A stretch of 64,000 nucleotides of DNA, taken from assembly GCA_040757085.1 (NCBI GenBank), contig JBFLXJ010000033.1, positions 28,751-92,750 of the forward strand. Direction: 5' to 3'. The stretch comes from Bacillota bacterium. GTDB taxonomy: Bacteria; Bacillota; Sulfobacillia; JACIYH01. Positions 17,644-27,363 of the stretch are shown here, in pieces. Numbering within the stretch: position 1 is the stretch's first letter; the number at the start of each line of letters is the position of its first letter. Both the position numbers and the translations under genes were made by a program. The notes beneath the pieces were generated by a model, which was not told the DNA's origin, did no database searches, and saw nothing but the letters and a program-made list of their open reading frames with translations.

Positions 17644-18905
17644 CTTCCCCCTTTGCCCCGATCCCCCTGTGCCGGCACGGCCGTGCCGGGGTCTCCCACC
17701 ACGACCTCACCCGATACCAGCACCAGGCTCACCCGGCCGGTAGCCTGCAGGGGATCGCCGGAGAAACCCACCATGTCCGCATCCTTGCCCGGCTCCAGCG
17801 AACCCACCCGATCGGCGACCCCCAGGATCTCTGCCGCGGAGATGGTGATCGCCCGCAGCGCCTCCTCGTAGGGTAAACCTTCCCGTACGGCCATGCCGGC
17901 ATGGATGGGAAGGTACCCGGCCGGAAACGTGGGAGAGTCGCTCATGATGGCCAGCTTCACTCCGGCCGCGGCCAGGCGGGCCGGATTGGCCAGGGAAAGG
18001 TTCTTCAGTTCCGGCCCCCGGCGGGCGAAGGGGAGAGGACCAACCACACAGGGGATGCCCCGGCGGGCGATGGCATCCGCCAGCAGGTATCCTTCCGTCA
18101 CGTGGTCCAGCACCAGGTCGATGCCGAACTCTTCGGCCAGGCGGAGCGCCGCCAGGATATCCTGCGTCTGGTGCACATGGGCCCGAGCGGGAAACTCCCG
18201 CCGCAGCAAGGAAACCAGGGCCTCCTTCTTGAGGTCGTACTCGCCAGGGCGCCCCTGATCGCCGGCAGCCGCGCCGGAGCGAGTCTCCGCACAGGCGCGC
18301 GTGCCGGAGCGGGCCTCGGCATACGCGCGCGCCCCCGCCAGGCTTTCCCGCAGCATGCCCACGATGTTCATGCGGGTGGCCGGGGGCGCCTTCTTCTCGG
18401 AAAACGTACGCTTGGGGTGGTCGCCGAAGGCCAGCTTCATGGCGGCCGGTTCCCGCAGCACCACCGGCTCCCCCCGGCACCAGGTCTTCACCACGGCGCC
18501 CTGGCCGGCGATGACGCTGATGCGTTCCACCGGCGATCCGAAGGACATGGTACTGCCCGGCAGCACACAGGCGGTGGTCACCCCCGCCCGGCAGGCGTCC
18601 GCCAGTCCCTCGTCCAGGGGATCGAAGGCATCCAGCACGCGCAGGTGGGGATTGAGGGGGGAAGTATCCTCGTTGGCATCGGGCACGCTCAGGCCCTCCC
18701 GCTGCAATCCCAGGTGGGTGTGGGCATCCACCAGCCCGGGGGTCAGGGTGAAAGCAGTGGCATCGATCACCCGCGCGTCCACGGGAGGATCCAGGCGTTC
18801 CTCCACGGCCACGATCTTGTCACCTTCGATCAGGATGACCGCCTGGGGCAGCGTGCCCCGCGGGCCGCAGGTGTGGGTGCGCCCGGCCCTGATCGCCAGC
18901 ATCAC
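17637..18905 (-). CDS. amidohydrolase-family metal-dependent hydrolase (paralogue)
   Basis: GLVDAHTHLG is the HxH motif. It contains an internal imperfect ~30-nt tandem duplication at about 18270-18335, which encodes ARSGTRACAETRSGAAAG. Confidence 0.7.
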   Translation of the reverse strand: MMLAIRAGRTHTCGPRGTLPQAVILIEGDKIVAVEERLDPPVDARVIDATAFTLTPGLVDAHTHLGLQREGLSVPDANEDTSPLNPHLRVLDAFDPLDEGLADACRAGVTTACVLPGSTMSFGSPVERISVIAGQGAVVKTWCRGEPVVLREPAAMKLAFGDHPKRTFSEKKAPPATRMNIVGMLRESLAGARAYAEARSGTRACAETRSGAAAGDQGRPGEYDLKKEALVSLLRREFPARAHVHQTQDILAALRLAEEFGIDLVLDHVTEGYLLADAIARRGIPCVVGPLPFARRGPELKNLSLANPARLAAAGVKLAIMSDSPTFPAGYLPIHAGMAVREGLPYEEALRAITISAAEILGVADRVGSLEPGKDADMVGFSGDPLQATGRVSLVLVSGEVVVGDPGTAVPAQGDRGKGGRC

Positions 18906-20326
18906 CTTTCGCCTCCTTCTGCTGCGTAACGGGCGGCCTCCAGAGCGCTGGCCAGCTGCACCGCCACCAGCTTGCGGATGGGGATGGGACGCCAGTTGAG
19001 CTGGGATTCCAATTCCGCTGCGCGCTCCCCGAGCTCCCGGTACACTTCTTCGCGCACCCGCGCCAGCTGGCCTGCGGCGCCGCAGCCGGAGGCAACAAGA
19101 CCGTCCTCGGGCGAGGCCGTGCGCTGGTCTTCCGAGGAGCCGGCGAGCTGGTACTCGATGGCACGGTGCAGCAGGCCCAGTAACAGCAGCCGGTAGAAGC
19201 GGGTGACCTGCAGGTTGTCAAACTTCTCGGCCACGGTGGCCGGTCGTTCCAGTTCGGGATCGCTCTTGGCCCAGCGCCGCTTTGCTTCCAGGCCGTCCCG
19301 CCCGTGCCGCAGGAAGTCGGTGAGGGCAGTGACAAAGGGGCTGGGCCGGGTCAGTTGATCGCGGATTCTGGTGAAGATGTTCTCTACGTAACTCCGCGCT
19401 TTCTCGTCGATCTCGATGGACGCCAGCACTGCCTCCCGGCGCGAGATGTCGGCCGGAGATGTATCCTCGATGCGCGGGTCGTAGAAGTAAGGCACTTCGC
19501 AGACGAGGACGAAGCTCCCCGCCACCTCGCGGGCGTAATCCACCGAGGACGTCCCCGCACTGATGATGGTGGCGGGGTCTTTGCCCGCGTACTTCTCGTA
19601 GTAGTCGTAAGTGTCCCGCGTGCCCGGCATCTCGAAGATGGCCTGGGCATACTTCTTCGCAAAGGGCATCTCGGGCTCCCCCAGGCTGAGGGGGAGTCCC
19701 TGCTCACGGACGATCTGGTGGAACCGTTCGTACAGCGGCGGGCAGGGACGCGACACGTACCAGTACACCCCGCCGAAGCCGGCGTTGTGCAGCGAATACA
19801 TGAAGCCAGGCCGGGCCAGGTCGATCAGGCGCATGAGGGCCTGCGTCTCGGGGATGGGCTTCTCCCACACCAGGGTCTTGTAGCGGATGGGGAAGGTCCA
19901 CTCCACCTGCTCGAACCCCGCCGGGCGGTAATAGTGACGGGCGTAGTTAAAAAGGGTAAAAGGACCCCGGAACCAGCCCTCGTTCAGCCTGGTACCGTCC
20001 GGATCGATGGTCTTCACCAGGTACCAGGTGTAGCCCAGCTTCTCCCGCAACTCATCGTCCTGGGCCAGCCGCCAGGAGAGGTACTCCAGCATCATGGCCC
20101 CCACGGGCTCGTTGGGATGGGGGCAGCCGAACAGCACCGCCCGCCGCGGCCCCGCACCTATCTTCAGCGCCCGGATGGGGTGTCCGGCCCGGGATTGCCC
20201 GATTTCCACCAGGTCCACCAGGGCCGGGAATTGTTCGCGCAGGCGTTCTGCACTATCCTCCAGTTCATCCACGGTCAGAAACCGCTCGTAGGCGGGAATA
20301 CCGTCGCATACCTCTCGCCACTGCAA
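18902..20326 (-). CDS. M14-family zinc carboxypeptidase-like protein
   Basis: GCPHPNEPVG is an HxxE zinc motif; size is appropriate. The assignment is moderately confident. Confidence 0.55.
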   Translation of the reverse strand: MQWREVCDGIPAYERFLTVDELEDSAERLREQFPALVDLVEIGQSRAGHPIRALKIGAGPRRAVLFGCPHPNEPVGAMMLEYLSWRLAQDDELREKLGYTWYLVKTIDPDGTRLNEGWFRGPFTLFNYARHYYRPAGFEQVEWTFPIRYKTLVWEKPIPETQALMRLIDLARPGFMYSLHNAGFGGVYWYVSRPCPPLYERFHQIVREQGLPLSLGEPEMPFAKKYAQAIFEMPGTRDTYDYYEKYAGKDPATIISAGTSSVDYAREVAGSFVLVCEVPYFYDPRIEDTSPADISRREAVLASIEIDEKARSYVENIFTRIRDQLTRPSPFVTALTDFLRHGRDGLEAKRRWAKSDPELERPATVAEKFDNLQVTRFYRLLLLGLLHRAIEYQLAGSSEDQRTASPEDGLVASGCGAAGQLARVREEVYRELGERAAELESQLNWRPIPIRKLVAVQLASALEAARYAAEGGER

Positions 20327-20455
20327 CCGGGTAGCCTCCTTTCAAATCCGCGTAACACGAAGGATATTTCTCGGGTACCGTAAAAATTCCTGCCCGGAGC
20401 AAAAGAACTGCTCCCGCGGCCGGCCCCGTCGTAGCTCACGGCCGGCGTGGGTGTT

Positions 20456-20509
20456 CTGCAAATGCCTGTCTGCAAATGCCTTGCGTGGGCACCACAGCTT
20501 TGCTAATAT
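20456..20509 (+). promoter_or_regulatory. putative sigma-A promoter of tRNA-Leu(CAA) (TTGCGT-17-TAATAT) preceded by an 11-nt tandem direct repeat
   Basis: CTGCAAATGCC occurs twice (20456-20466 and 20470-20480). TTGCGT is at 20481-20486, a 17-nt spacer follows, TAATAT is at 20504-20509, and the tRNA 5' end is at 20520. Confidence 0.45.
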
Positions 20510-20519
20510 AACAGGGCAA

Positions 20520-20607
20520 GCCGGAGTGCTGGAACGGGCAGACGGGTCCGCCTCAAAAGCGGATGGGGTCAATCCCCGTGTGGGTTCGATTCCCACCTCC
20601 GGCACCA
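20520..20607 (+). tRNA. tRNA-Leu(CAA), type II, CCA encoded
   Basis: Acceptor stem GCCGGAG/CTCCGGC. Anticodon stem TCCGC/GCGGA with loop CTCAAAA, giving anticodon CAA. Long variable arm. T-arm TGGGT-TCGATTC-CCACC. ACCA, then a T6 run. Confidence 0.85.
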
Positions 20608-20660
20608 TTTTTTAGAAGCATTGCAGTGCCGAATCCATGGGGGGAGGCGCACGCGGCCGG

Positions 20661-22424
20661 TCAGGGGACGTGGGCGCGACCCCGGTAGACCAGGCCGCGG
20701 CGGGCGTCCACGGTGACCACCGCGCCGCTCTGGAGCTTGCGGGTGGCGTCCTCCGCCCCAATCACCGCCGGTAGGTCCATCTCCAGGGCGCAGATGGCGG
20801 CATGGGAGCTGAGACCGCCCTCCTCCACCACCAAACCGGCCGCCTGGCGCAGGAGAGGGACGTACCCGGCGTCGGTCGCGGGCACCACCAGCACGTCGCC
20901 GGGACGGAAGCGGTCCCGCACCTCTTCCAGTGAACGCCCCGCGCACACCCGGCCGGAACCGGCGCGGAATCCCACCCCCCGTCCCTGGAGCAGAATCTCC
21001 CCCACCGTGTGCACACGGAGGAGGTTGGTGGTACCCGGCACTCCCGCCGGAATGCCGGCGGTGATCACCACCAGGTCCCCCTGGGATATGTACCCGGCCG
21101 CCAGGCAGGTGGCTATGGCCTCGGAGAACATCTCCTCCGGGTCCGTGGTCTCGGAGGAAGGCAGGGGGTGAACGCCCCACACCAGGGTGAGACGCCGGCG
21201 CACCCGCTCGTGAGGGCTGAGCGCCAGTACGGGGCAGGCAGGCCGGTACTTGGCCACCATGCGGGCCGTGTACCCCGACTGGGTGGGGGTAATGATGGCG
21301 GCCGCCCCCAGGTCCCGGGCCGCCCGACAGCTGGCGTGGCTGATGGCGTCCGTCACTGCCTCCAGGGGCCCCCGCTCGCGGGCGGCCAGGATGCGGTCGT
21401 AGGGGAGCGCCTCCTCGGTACGGGCGGCGATGCGGGCCATGAACGCCACTGCCTCCACCGGGTGCTTGCCCAGGGCTGTTTCCGCCGAGAGCATCACCGC
21501 GTCGGTACCGTCCAGGATGGCGTTCGCTACGTCGGAAGCCTCGGCCCGGGTGGGAACTGGCCGCTCTACCATGGACTCCAGCATCTGGGTGGCGGTGATG
21601 ACCGGCTTGCCCAGCATGTTGCACCGGGTGATCAGCTCCTTCTGGACCAGGGGAACCTCTTCGGCCGGCATTTCCACCCCCAGGTCGCCCCGGGCCACCA
21701 TGAGTCCGTCGGAAACCTTCATGATGGCATCCAGATCCTCGAGAGCCTGCCGGGTCTCGATCTTGGCTACGATCTCCTGGTCCCCGCCCAGTTCCTCCAC
21801 CACCCGCCGCACCTCGACCACGTCGGCGGCGCGGCGCACGAAGGAACAGGCAAAAAAGTCCACTTGCTGGGCCACCCCCCAGGCGATGGCTTCCCGGTCG
21901 GCTTCGGAGACCGCGGGCAGATTGAGCAGGCCGCCGGGCACCACCACCTTCTTGCCCTGAGCCAGCACCCCTCCCCGCTCTACCCGGCAGCGCACCTCGT
22001 CTCCGCCGACCTCTTCCACCGTCAGGGCGATGTTGCCGTCGTCCAGAAGTAGTAGCTGCCCCGCGGAAACGTCGCCCGGAAATCCCGGGTAATTGACCAT
22101 CACCCTGTCCCTGTCTCCGGTGACGGCGGCGGTGACAAGACAGAAGCGCGCTCCTGTTTCGAGGAGCACTGAACCTCCTGCGATGGGACCCACCCGCACC
22201 TCCGGGCCGCGCAGGTCGACCAGGACGCCCACCGTGACTTTCTCTCCCCGGCACACCCGGCGCAGGGAATCCAGGCGGGCCTGGTGCTCGTCCAGGCGGC
22301 CGTGGGACATATTCAGGCGCGCCACGTTCATGCCGGCCCGCACCATGCCCCGGAGGACATCGGGATGGGAGGATGCCGGTCCCAGGGTGGCTACTATCTT
22401 GGTCCGCCGCCAGTTCCCGCTCAT
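20661..22424 (-). CDS. pyk: pyruvate kinase with a C-terminal PEP-utilising-enzyme mobile domain
   Basis: The N-terminus reads KIVATLGPAS...MNVARLNMSHG and the catalytic region MVARGDLGVE is present. The C-terminal ~100 aa (GGLSSHAAICALEMDLPAVIG) form a PEP-utiliser domain, as in Bacillus-type Pyk. Confidence 0.9.
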   Translation of the reverse strand: MSGNWRRTKIVATLGPASSHPDVLRGMVRAGMNVARLNMSHGRLDEHQARLDSLRRVCRGEKVTVGVLVDLRGPEVRVGPIAGGSVLLETGARFCLVTAAVTGDRDRVMVNYPGFPGDVSAGQLLLLDDGNIALTVEEVGGDEVRCRVERGGVLAQGKKVVVPGGLLNLPAVSEADREAIAWGVAQQVDFFACSFVRRAADVVEVRRVVEELGGDQEIVAKIETRQALEDLDAIMKVSDGLMVARGDLGVEMPAEEVPLVQKELITRCNMLGKPVITATQMLESMVERPVPTRAEASDVANAILDGTDAVMLSAETALGKHPVEAVAFMARIAARTEEALPYDRILAARERGPLEAVTDAISHASCRAARDLGAAAIITPTQSGYTARMVAKYRPACPVLALSPHERVRRRLTLVWGVHPLPSSETTDPEEMFSEAIATCLAAGYISQGDLVVITAGIPAGVPGTTNLLRVHTVGEILLQGRGVGFRAGSGRVCAGRSLEEVRDRFRPGDVLVVPATDAGYVPLLRQAAGLVVEEGGLSSHAAICALEMDLPAVIGAEDATRKLQSGAVVTVDARRGLVYRGRAHVP

Positions 22425-22547
22425 CGACCATTCACCCCATCATTTCATTGCATTTACTTCCGCCGGGAACCGCTGTCAGCTTTCCCGGCGGGAAGAAGAC
22501 GTCTGCAGCATCGAGCCCGGGCCGGGGCTAGCTGACCGGACGACCGG

Positions 22548-23507
22548 TCAGATAGCGAGGATGTGCGTGAGTTCCCACAGGCGGCGATCCAGGGGGCGTC
22601 GCTGGGAAAAAACGCGCGGGAGAGGGGTAAACCTCACTTCTCCGCCCTCGGTGCCGACCATCACCCCGCTCATCCCCTGCTGCAACGCCTGCACCGCTCC
22701 CGCCCCCAGGCGGCTGGCCAGGGCGCGGTCGTAAGCGGTGGGCGATCCCCCGCGCTGTATGTGCCCCAGCACCGTCACCCGCGTCTCCATGCCGGTGCGG
22801 GCCTGCACTTCCCGGGCCAGGTCGTAAGCGCTTCCGGCCCCTTCCGCCACCACGATCAGGTCGTGCTTCTTGCCCCGATTCCTGCCCCGCAGCACCCTGG
22901 CGCAGATGACCTCGATGGGCTCGGGGAACTCGGGGACCACCACCGACTCCGCCCCCGCTGCCAGTCCCACGGCCAGGGCCAGGTGGCCGGAGTCCCGGCC
23001 CATCACCTCGATGACGAATATGCGCTCGTGGGACGTGGCCGTGTCCCGGATGCGGTCGATGGCCCACACTGCCGTGTTCACGGCCGTGTCAAACCCTATG
23101 CAATGCTCGGTGAAGGGGATGTCGTCATCGATGGTGGCGGGCACCCCCACCACGGCCAGGCCCAGCTCATGGAGGGCCTGAGCACCCCGGAAGGAGCCGT
23201 CGCCCCCTATCACCACCAGCCCGTCAATCCCCGCCGCCCTCAAGTTGGCGACTGCTCGCTCCTGGGCAGCCCGTTCCTTGAATTCCTCGCAGCGGGCGGT
23301 GAACAGCACCGTTCCGCCCCGGTGCAGGATGCCTCCCACCGACCCCAGGGGGAGGGGCCGGAACCCACCGGCCAGCAAGCCGGCAAACCCATGCTCGATC
23401 CCCACAACTTCGGCGCCCTCCGCGACCGCCTGCCTGACCACCGCCCTTACGGCCGCATTCATTCCCGGGGCGTCACCGCCGCTCGTCAGAACCCCAAATC
23501 TACCCAC
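22548..23507 (-). CDS. pfkA: ATP-dependent 6-phosphofructokinase
   Basis: GVLTSGGDAPGMNAA, GGDGS and MGRDSGHLAL motifs are present. GTG start. Confidence 0.9.
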   Translation of the reverse strand: MGRFGVLTSGGDAPGMNAAVRAVVRQAVAEGAEVVGIEHGFAGLLAGGFRPLPLGSVGGILHRGGTVLFTARCEEFKERAAQERAVANLRAAGIDGLVVIGGDGSFRGAQALHELGLAVVGVPATIDDDIPFTEHCIGFDTAVNTAVWAIDRIRDTATSHERIFVIEVMGRDSGHLALAVGLAAGAESVVVPEFPEPIEVICARVLRGRNRGKKHDLIVVAEGAGSAYDLAREVQARTGMETRVTVLGHIQRGGSPTAYDRALASRLGAGAVQALQQGMSGVMVGTEGGEVRFTPLPRVFSQRRPLDRRLWELTHILAI

Positions 23508-23552
23508 TCTGCACCCTCACCACCGACTCTGCACCCTCACCAGACCGCCCTG

Positions 23553-23810
23553 TCAGTCGCCCCACGTCGCGTCACAGCCATAGATTCTGCCCAGGACGGC
23601 CTGCAAAATCCGGGTGGCCTCCGCCGCCTCGCTCCTCAATACCAGCACCTCGAAAGAGGAACCTCCCACGCCGGCCGCGGCCTGCACGGGGCGAAGCATG
23701 ACCATGAAGCCCTCCTTCGCCAGCGCCTCCCGGGCAGCCTCTGCCCCCGACCGGTGGGGAGCGATGTGCACCACCTTCCAGACCCCAGTCACCGTTTTGC
23801 CCCGGCCCAT
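23553..23810 (-). CDS. small hypothetical protein (85 aa), possibly a DUF2007-like (PII-like fold) protein
   Basis: The real gene is the C-terminal part of the spurious 283-aa ORF 23553..24404. An ATG at 23810 is preceded by GGGAGGTACC. The product MGRGKTVTGVWKVVHIAPHRSGAEAAREALAKEGFMVMLRPV...FEVLVLRSEAAEATRILQ has a beta-alpha-beta pattern. Confidence 0.4.
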   Translation of the reverse strand: MGRGKTVTGVWKVVHIAPHRSGAEAAREALAKEGFMVMLRPVQAAAGVGGSSFEVLVLRSEAAEATRILQAVLGRIYGCDATWGD

Positions 23811-23872
23811 GGTACCTCCCGGCCCTTTCGGCCTGTGTCTAGGATCGTAACCGGGATTGTGCCCCTGCCGTC

Positions 23873-26800
23873 CTAACTCACCTCTCCGGCGGCGTAGACG
23901 GCGCCATCCCCCAGCAAATCCTGTAACTCCCACCGCAACTCGTTGGTGTCCTCCACCCAGAGGCCCGGCTCCACCAAAATCGCCTTCTTCCGCCTCACGA
24001 AGTCCACCCGAACGGGCAAACTGCCCGGGTACCGGGCAAGAATGCCCTTCAATTCGCGGAGCGCTTTTTCCTCCTGCTCGACCGTGCGGAGTTCCACCAC
24101 CAGGGAACCCGGGCAGGCCAGGGGGATTACCTCTTCGGCCATCAGCTTGACGACCCGCTGTCCCTCCTCCCCTTCGGATCGCTGCACGGTACCCTTCACC
24201 AGGACAACAGCATCCTTCACCAGGCACCCCCGGAACTTCTCGAAAACCCGCGGAAACACCACCACCTCGACGTGCCCCGACGTATCTTCCAGTTCCACGA
24301 ATCCCATCGGTTCCCCTGCCCTGGTGCTGATGCGCTTTACACCCAGCACCACGCCCCCTACCGTAGCCGTGCTGCCGTCGGTCGCATTGTGCAGGTCTGC
24401 GCAACGGTGGGTGGCACCCTTCTCCAGGTGGGGACGGAAGGGGTCAAGGGGATGGCCCGAGAGATAAAGACCCAGCACTTCTTTTTCCATGGCCAGCAGC
24501 GCGGCCTGGGGAAACTCGGGCACATCCGGGAGCAGATCCTGCGCGGCAAATTCTTCTGCACCCAGGTCGAAGAATGAGAGCTGCCCTGCACCGCGTGCTT
24601 CACCCTGCCCCCGCTCCAGGGCCTGATCCAGGATGCCCAGAAGCTGGGCTCGCTTCGCCCCCAGGCTGTCGAATGCCCCTGCCTTGATGAGGCTTTCCAC
24701 TGCCCGCCGGTTGAGGTGGCGGGTGTCCACCCGCTCGCAGAAGTCGTGCAGGGAACGGAAGGGGCCCTGCTCTCGCGCCCGCAGGATGGACTCGATGGCC
24801 GCCCGCCCCAGGTTCTTGATGGCACCCAGCCCGAAGCGAATGGCATCCCGGCCGCTTGCGTCCTTCTCGATGCTGAATTCCAGTTCCCCCCGGTTGACGT
24901 CCGGAGGCAGCAGAGTCACTCCCAACCGCCGGCATTCTTCGACGTATACCGCCACGTCGTCGGTGGAGTCCATGACCGACGTCAGCAGTGCCACCATGTA
25001 CTGCAGGGGATAATGCGCCTTGAGGTATGCGGTACGATACGCCAGCAAGGCGTACGCCGCGGCATGGCTACGGTTGAAGGCATAGCCGGCGAACCGCTCG
25101 ATGGCCGAGAAAACCTGCTCCGCCACCTGGCGGTCTACCCCGCGGCTGACGGCTCCCTCGATAAAACGCACCCTCTGCGCCGCCACCAGTTCCGGCTTCT
25201 TCTTGGCCATCCCGCGCCGGAGGATGTCAGCCTGGGCCAGGGTGAATCCCGCCAGTTGAGATACCACCTGCATGACCTGTTCCTGGTATATCATCACGCC
25301 GTAAGTATCCTTCAGGATGGGCTCCAGGCTAGGATGAAGATACCGTGCCCCCTCCTGCTTGGCCCGCTGGTATTCGGGTATCTGTTCCATAGGCCCGGGG
25401 CGCACCAGGGCCACGATGGCCACAATGTCTTCGAAGGTGGCGGGGCGCAGCTGGCGCAGGAGATCCTGAACCCAGCCCGCTTCCAGCTGGAATATGCCCA
25501 GTGTTTCCCCCCGGCTCAGGAGAGCGTACACGGCCGGATCATCCAGCGGGATGGTGTGCCAGTCCACTTCCTCTCCTGTCCTGCCCACCAGCTTCACGGC
25601 GTGGTCGATGACGGTGAGGTTGCGCAGGCCCAGGAAATCCATCTTGAGGAGGCCCAGTTCCTCCAGCACCTCCATGGGGAACTGGGTCACCACCGCCCCC
25701 TCGGGGGTCTTCTGCAGGGGCACCAGGTCGATCAGCGGTTCGGGCGCGATGACCACCCCGGCGGCGTGGACGGAAGCGTGCCGGGGCATGCCCTCGATCT
25801 GGCGGGCCAGGTCCACCACCTCGCGCACTTCCTCCCGGCCTCGATATGCCTGGGCCAGGTCGGGACTGGTCTCCAGGGCCTGGTCCAGGGTGATACCCAG
25901 CACGGGAGGCACCATCTTGGCGATGCGGTCCACTTCCCCGTAGGGGAGCCCCAGGGCGCGGCCCACATCGCGGATGGCCGCGCGTGCCTTCATGGTGCCG
26001 AAGGTGACGATCTGGGCCACGCAATCCTGCCCGTACTTTCCCACCACGTACCGGATCACTTCGTCCCGCCGCTCGAAGCAGAAGTCGATGTCCATGTCCG
26101 GCATGGAAACCCGCTCGGGGTTGAGGAAACGCTCAAAAAGCAGACCGTGGCGCAAAGGATCCACGTCCGTGATCCCCAGGACGTATGCCACCAGGCTGCC
26201 GGCCGCCGACCCCCGCCCCGGCCCTACCGGGATACCGTGCTGCCGGGCGAACTCCACGAAGTCCCAGACGATGAGGAAATAACCGGGATAGCCCATGCGC
26301 TCGATCATGCTCAGTTCGTATTCCAGCCGCTCCATCACTTCGGGCGGGGCCTGGGGGTAACGCCGCGGCAGACGCTGGTAACAAAGGTGACGCAGGTAAG
26401 AAGCCTCGGTTTCCCCCTCGGGTACCGGGAACTGGGGCAGGTGAAGCTGCCCGAAGCGCAGTTCAACCTGGCAGTTCTCCGCTATCTCCACGGTGGCCCC
26501 CAGGGCCTCGGGCAACTCGCGGAAGAGGTGTCCCATCTCCTGGGGGGAGCGCAGGTAAAACTGGTCAGACCCGAAGCGCAGGCGTCCGGGATCATCCACC
26601 GTGCTCTGGGTCTGGATACACAGGAGCACGTCGTGCATGCGGGCGTCCGCCTGTTCCAGGTAGTGGACGTCATTGGTCGCCACCAGGCCCACGCCCATCT
26701 CCCTGGCAAGGCGCACCAGCTCCCGGTTGACCTGGCGCTGGGTGGGAAGGCCGTTCTCTTGCACTTCCAGGTAGAAGGAATCGGCCCCGAACAGGTCGCG

Positions 26801-27289
26801 GTAGCGGGCCACGATCTCCCGCGCTCGCGCCCCGTCCTCCAGGACGGCCCGCGGCACCTCTCCCGCCAGGCAGGCGCTGAGGGCGATGAGGCCCCCATGG
26901 TGCCTCTCCAGCAGTTCCCAGTCCACCCGGGGCCGGTAGTAGAATCCCTCCATGTGGGCCAGGGAAACGAGGCGCATGAGGTTGCGGTAACCTTGCTGGT
27001 CCCGGGCCAGGAGCACCAGGTGGTGGGGATCCTCGTCCACCCTGGGTTGGCGGTCGTGCCTGGTGCGGCGGGCGACGTACACCTCGCATCCCAGGATGGG
27101 TTTGACACCGTGCTGCAGGCAGGCCTGGTAGAAGGGCACCACCCCGTACATGACACCGTGGTCGGTTATGGCCAGGGCGCTCATCCCCATGGCCGCAGCC
27201 CGGGGGACCACCTGCTCAATGCGAGCTGCCCCGTCCAGCAGGCTGAATTCGGTGTGCAGATGGAGGTGATTGAATGCGGCGGCACCCAT
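23873..27289 (-). CDS. dnaE: DNA polymerase III alpha subunit (DnaE type)
   Basis: The PHP-domain N-terminus reads FNHLHLHTEFSLLDGA. The length is ~1140 aa. An ATG at 27289 follows AAGGGGGAG. Confidence 0.9.
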   Translation of the reverse strand: MGAAAFNHLHLHTEFSLLDGAARIEQVVPRAAAMGMSALAITDHGVMYGVVPFYQACLQHGVKPILGCEVYVARRTRHDRQPRVDEDPHHLVLLARDQQGYRNLMRLVSLAHMEGFYYRPRVDWELLERHHGGLIALSACLAGEVPRAVLEDGARAREIVARYRDLFGADSFYLEVQENGLPTQRQVNRELVRLAREMGVGLVATNDVHYLEQADARMHDVLLCIQTQSTVDDPGRLRFGSDQFYLRSPQEMGHLFRELPEALGATVEIAENCQVELRFGQLHLPQFPVPEGETEASYLRHLCYQRLPRRYPQAPPEVMERLEYELSMIERMGYPGYFLIVWDFVEFARQHGIPVGPGRGSAAGSLVAYVLGITDVDPLRHGLLFERFLNPERVSMPDMDIDFCFERRDEVIRYVVGKYGQDCVAQIVTFGTMKARAAIRDVGRALGLPYGEVDRIAKMVPPVLGITLDQALETSPDLAQAYRGREEVREVVDLARQIEGMPRHASVHAAGVVIAPEPLIDLVPLQKTPEGAVVTQFPMEVLEELGLLKMDFLGLRNLTVIDHAVKLVGRTGEEVDWHTIPLDDPAVYALLSRGETLGIFQLEAGWVQDLLRQLRPATFEDIVAIVALVRPGPMEQIPEYQRAKQEGARYLHPSLEPILKDTYGVMIYQEQVMQVVSQLAGFTLAQADILRRGMAKKKPELVAAQRVRFIEGAVSRGVDRQVAEQVFSAIERFAGYAFNRSHAAAYALLAYRTAYLKAHYPLQYMVALLTSVMDSTDDVAVYVEECRRLGVTLLPPDVNRGELEFSIEKDASGRDAIRFGLGAIKNLGRAAIESILRAREQGPFRSLHDFCERVDTRHLNRRAVESLIKAGAFDSLGAKRAQLLGILDQALERGQGEARGAGQLSFFDLGAEEFAAQDLLPDVPEFPQAALLAMEKEVLGLYLSGHPLDPFRPHLEKGATHRCADLHNATDGSTATVGGVVLGVKRISTRAGEPMGFVELEDTSGHVEVVVFPRVFEKFRGCLVKDAVVLVKGTVQRSEGEEGQRVVKLMAEEVIPLACPGSLVVELRTVEQEEKALRELKGILARYPGSLPVRVDFVRRKKAILVEPGLWVEDTNELRWELQDLLGDGAVYAAGEVS

Positions 27290-27363
27290 CAGCTTTGCTC
27301 CCCCTTTGACGATGAATACCACGGGTGATAAAGTTTGGGAGGAAGAGAAGGGGGGACTCACCC

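Noticed and set aside
20342-20608. 88-aa minus-strand ORF
   Set aside because: It lies antisense across tRNA-Leu(CAA) and its promoter.
20569-22431. 620-aa minus-strand ORF overlapping pyk in another frame
   Set aside because: The alternative frame, 20661..22424, carries all pyruvate kinase motifs; this one is Gly/Arg/Pro junk.
24716-27328. 870-aa plus-strand ORF
   Set aside because: It is antisense to dnaE, with low-complexity junk composition.
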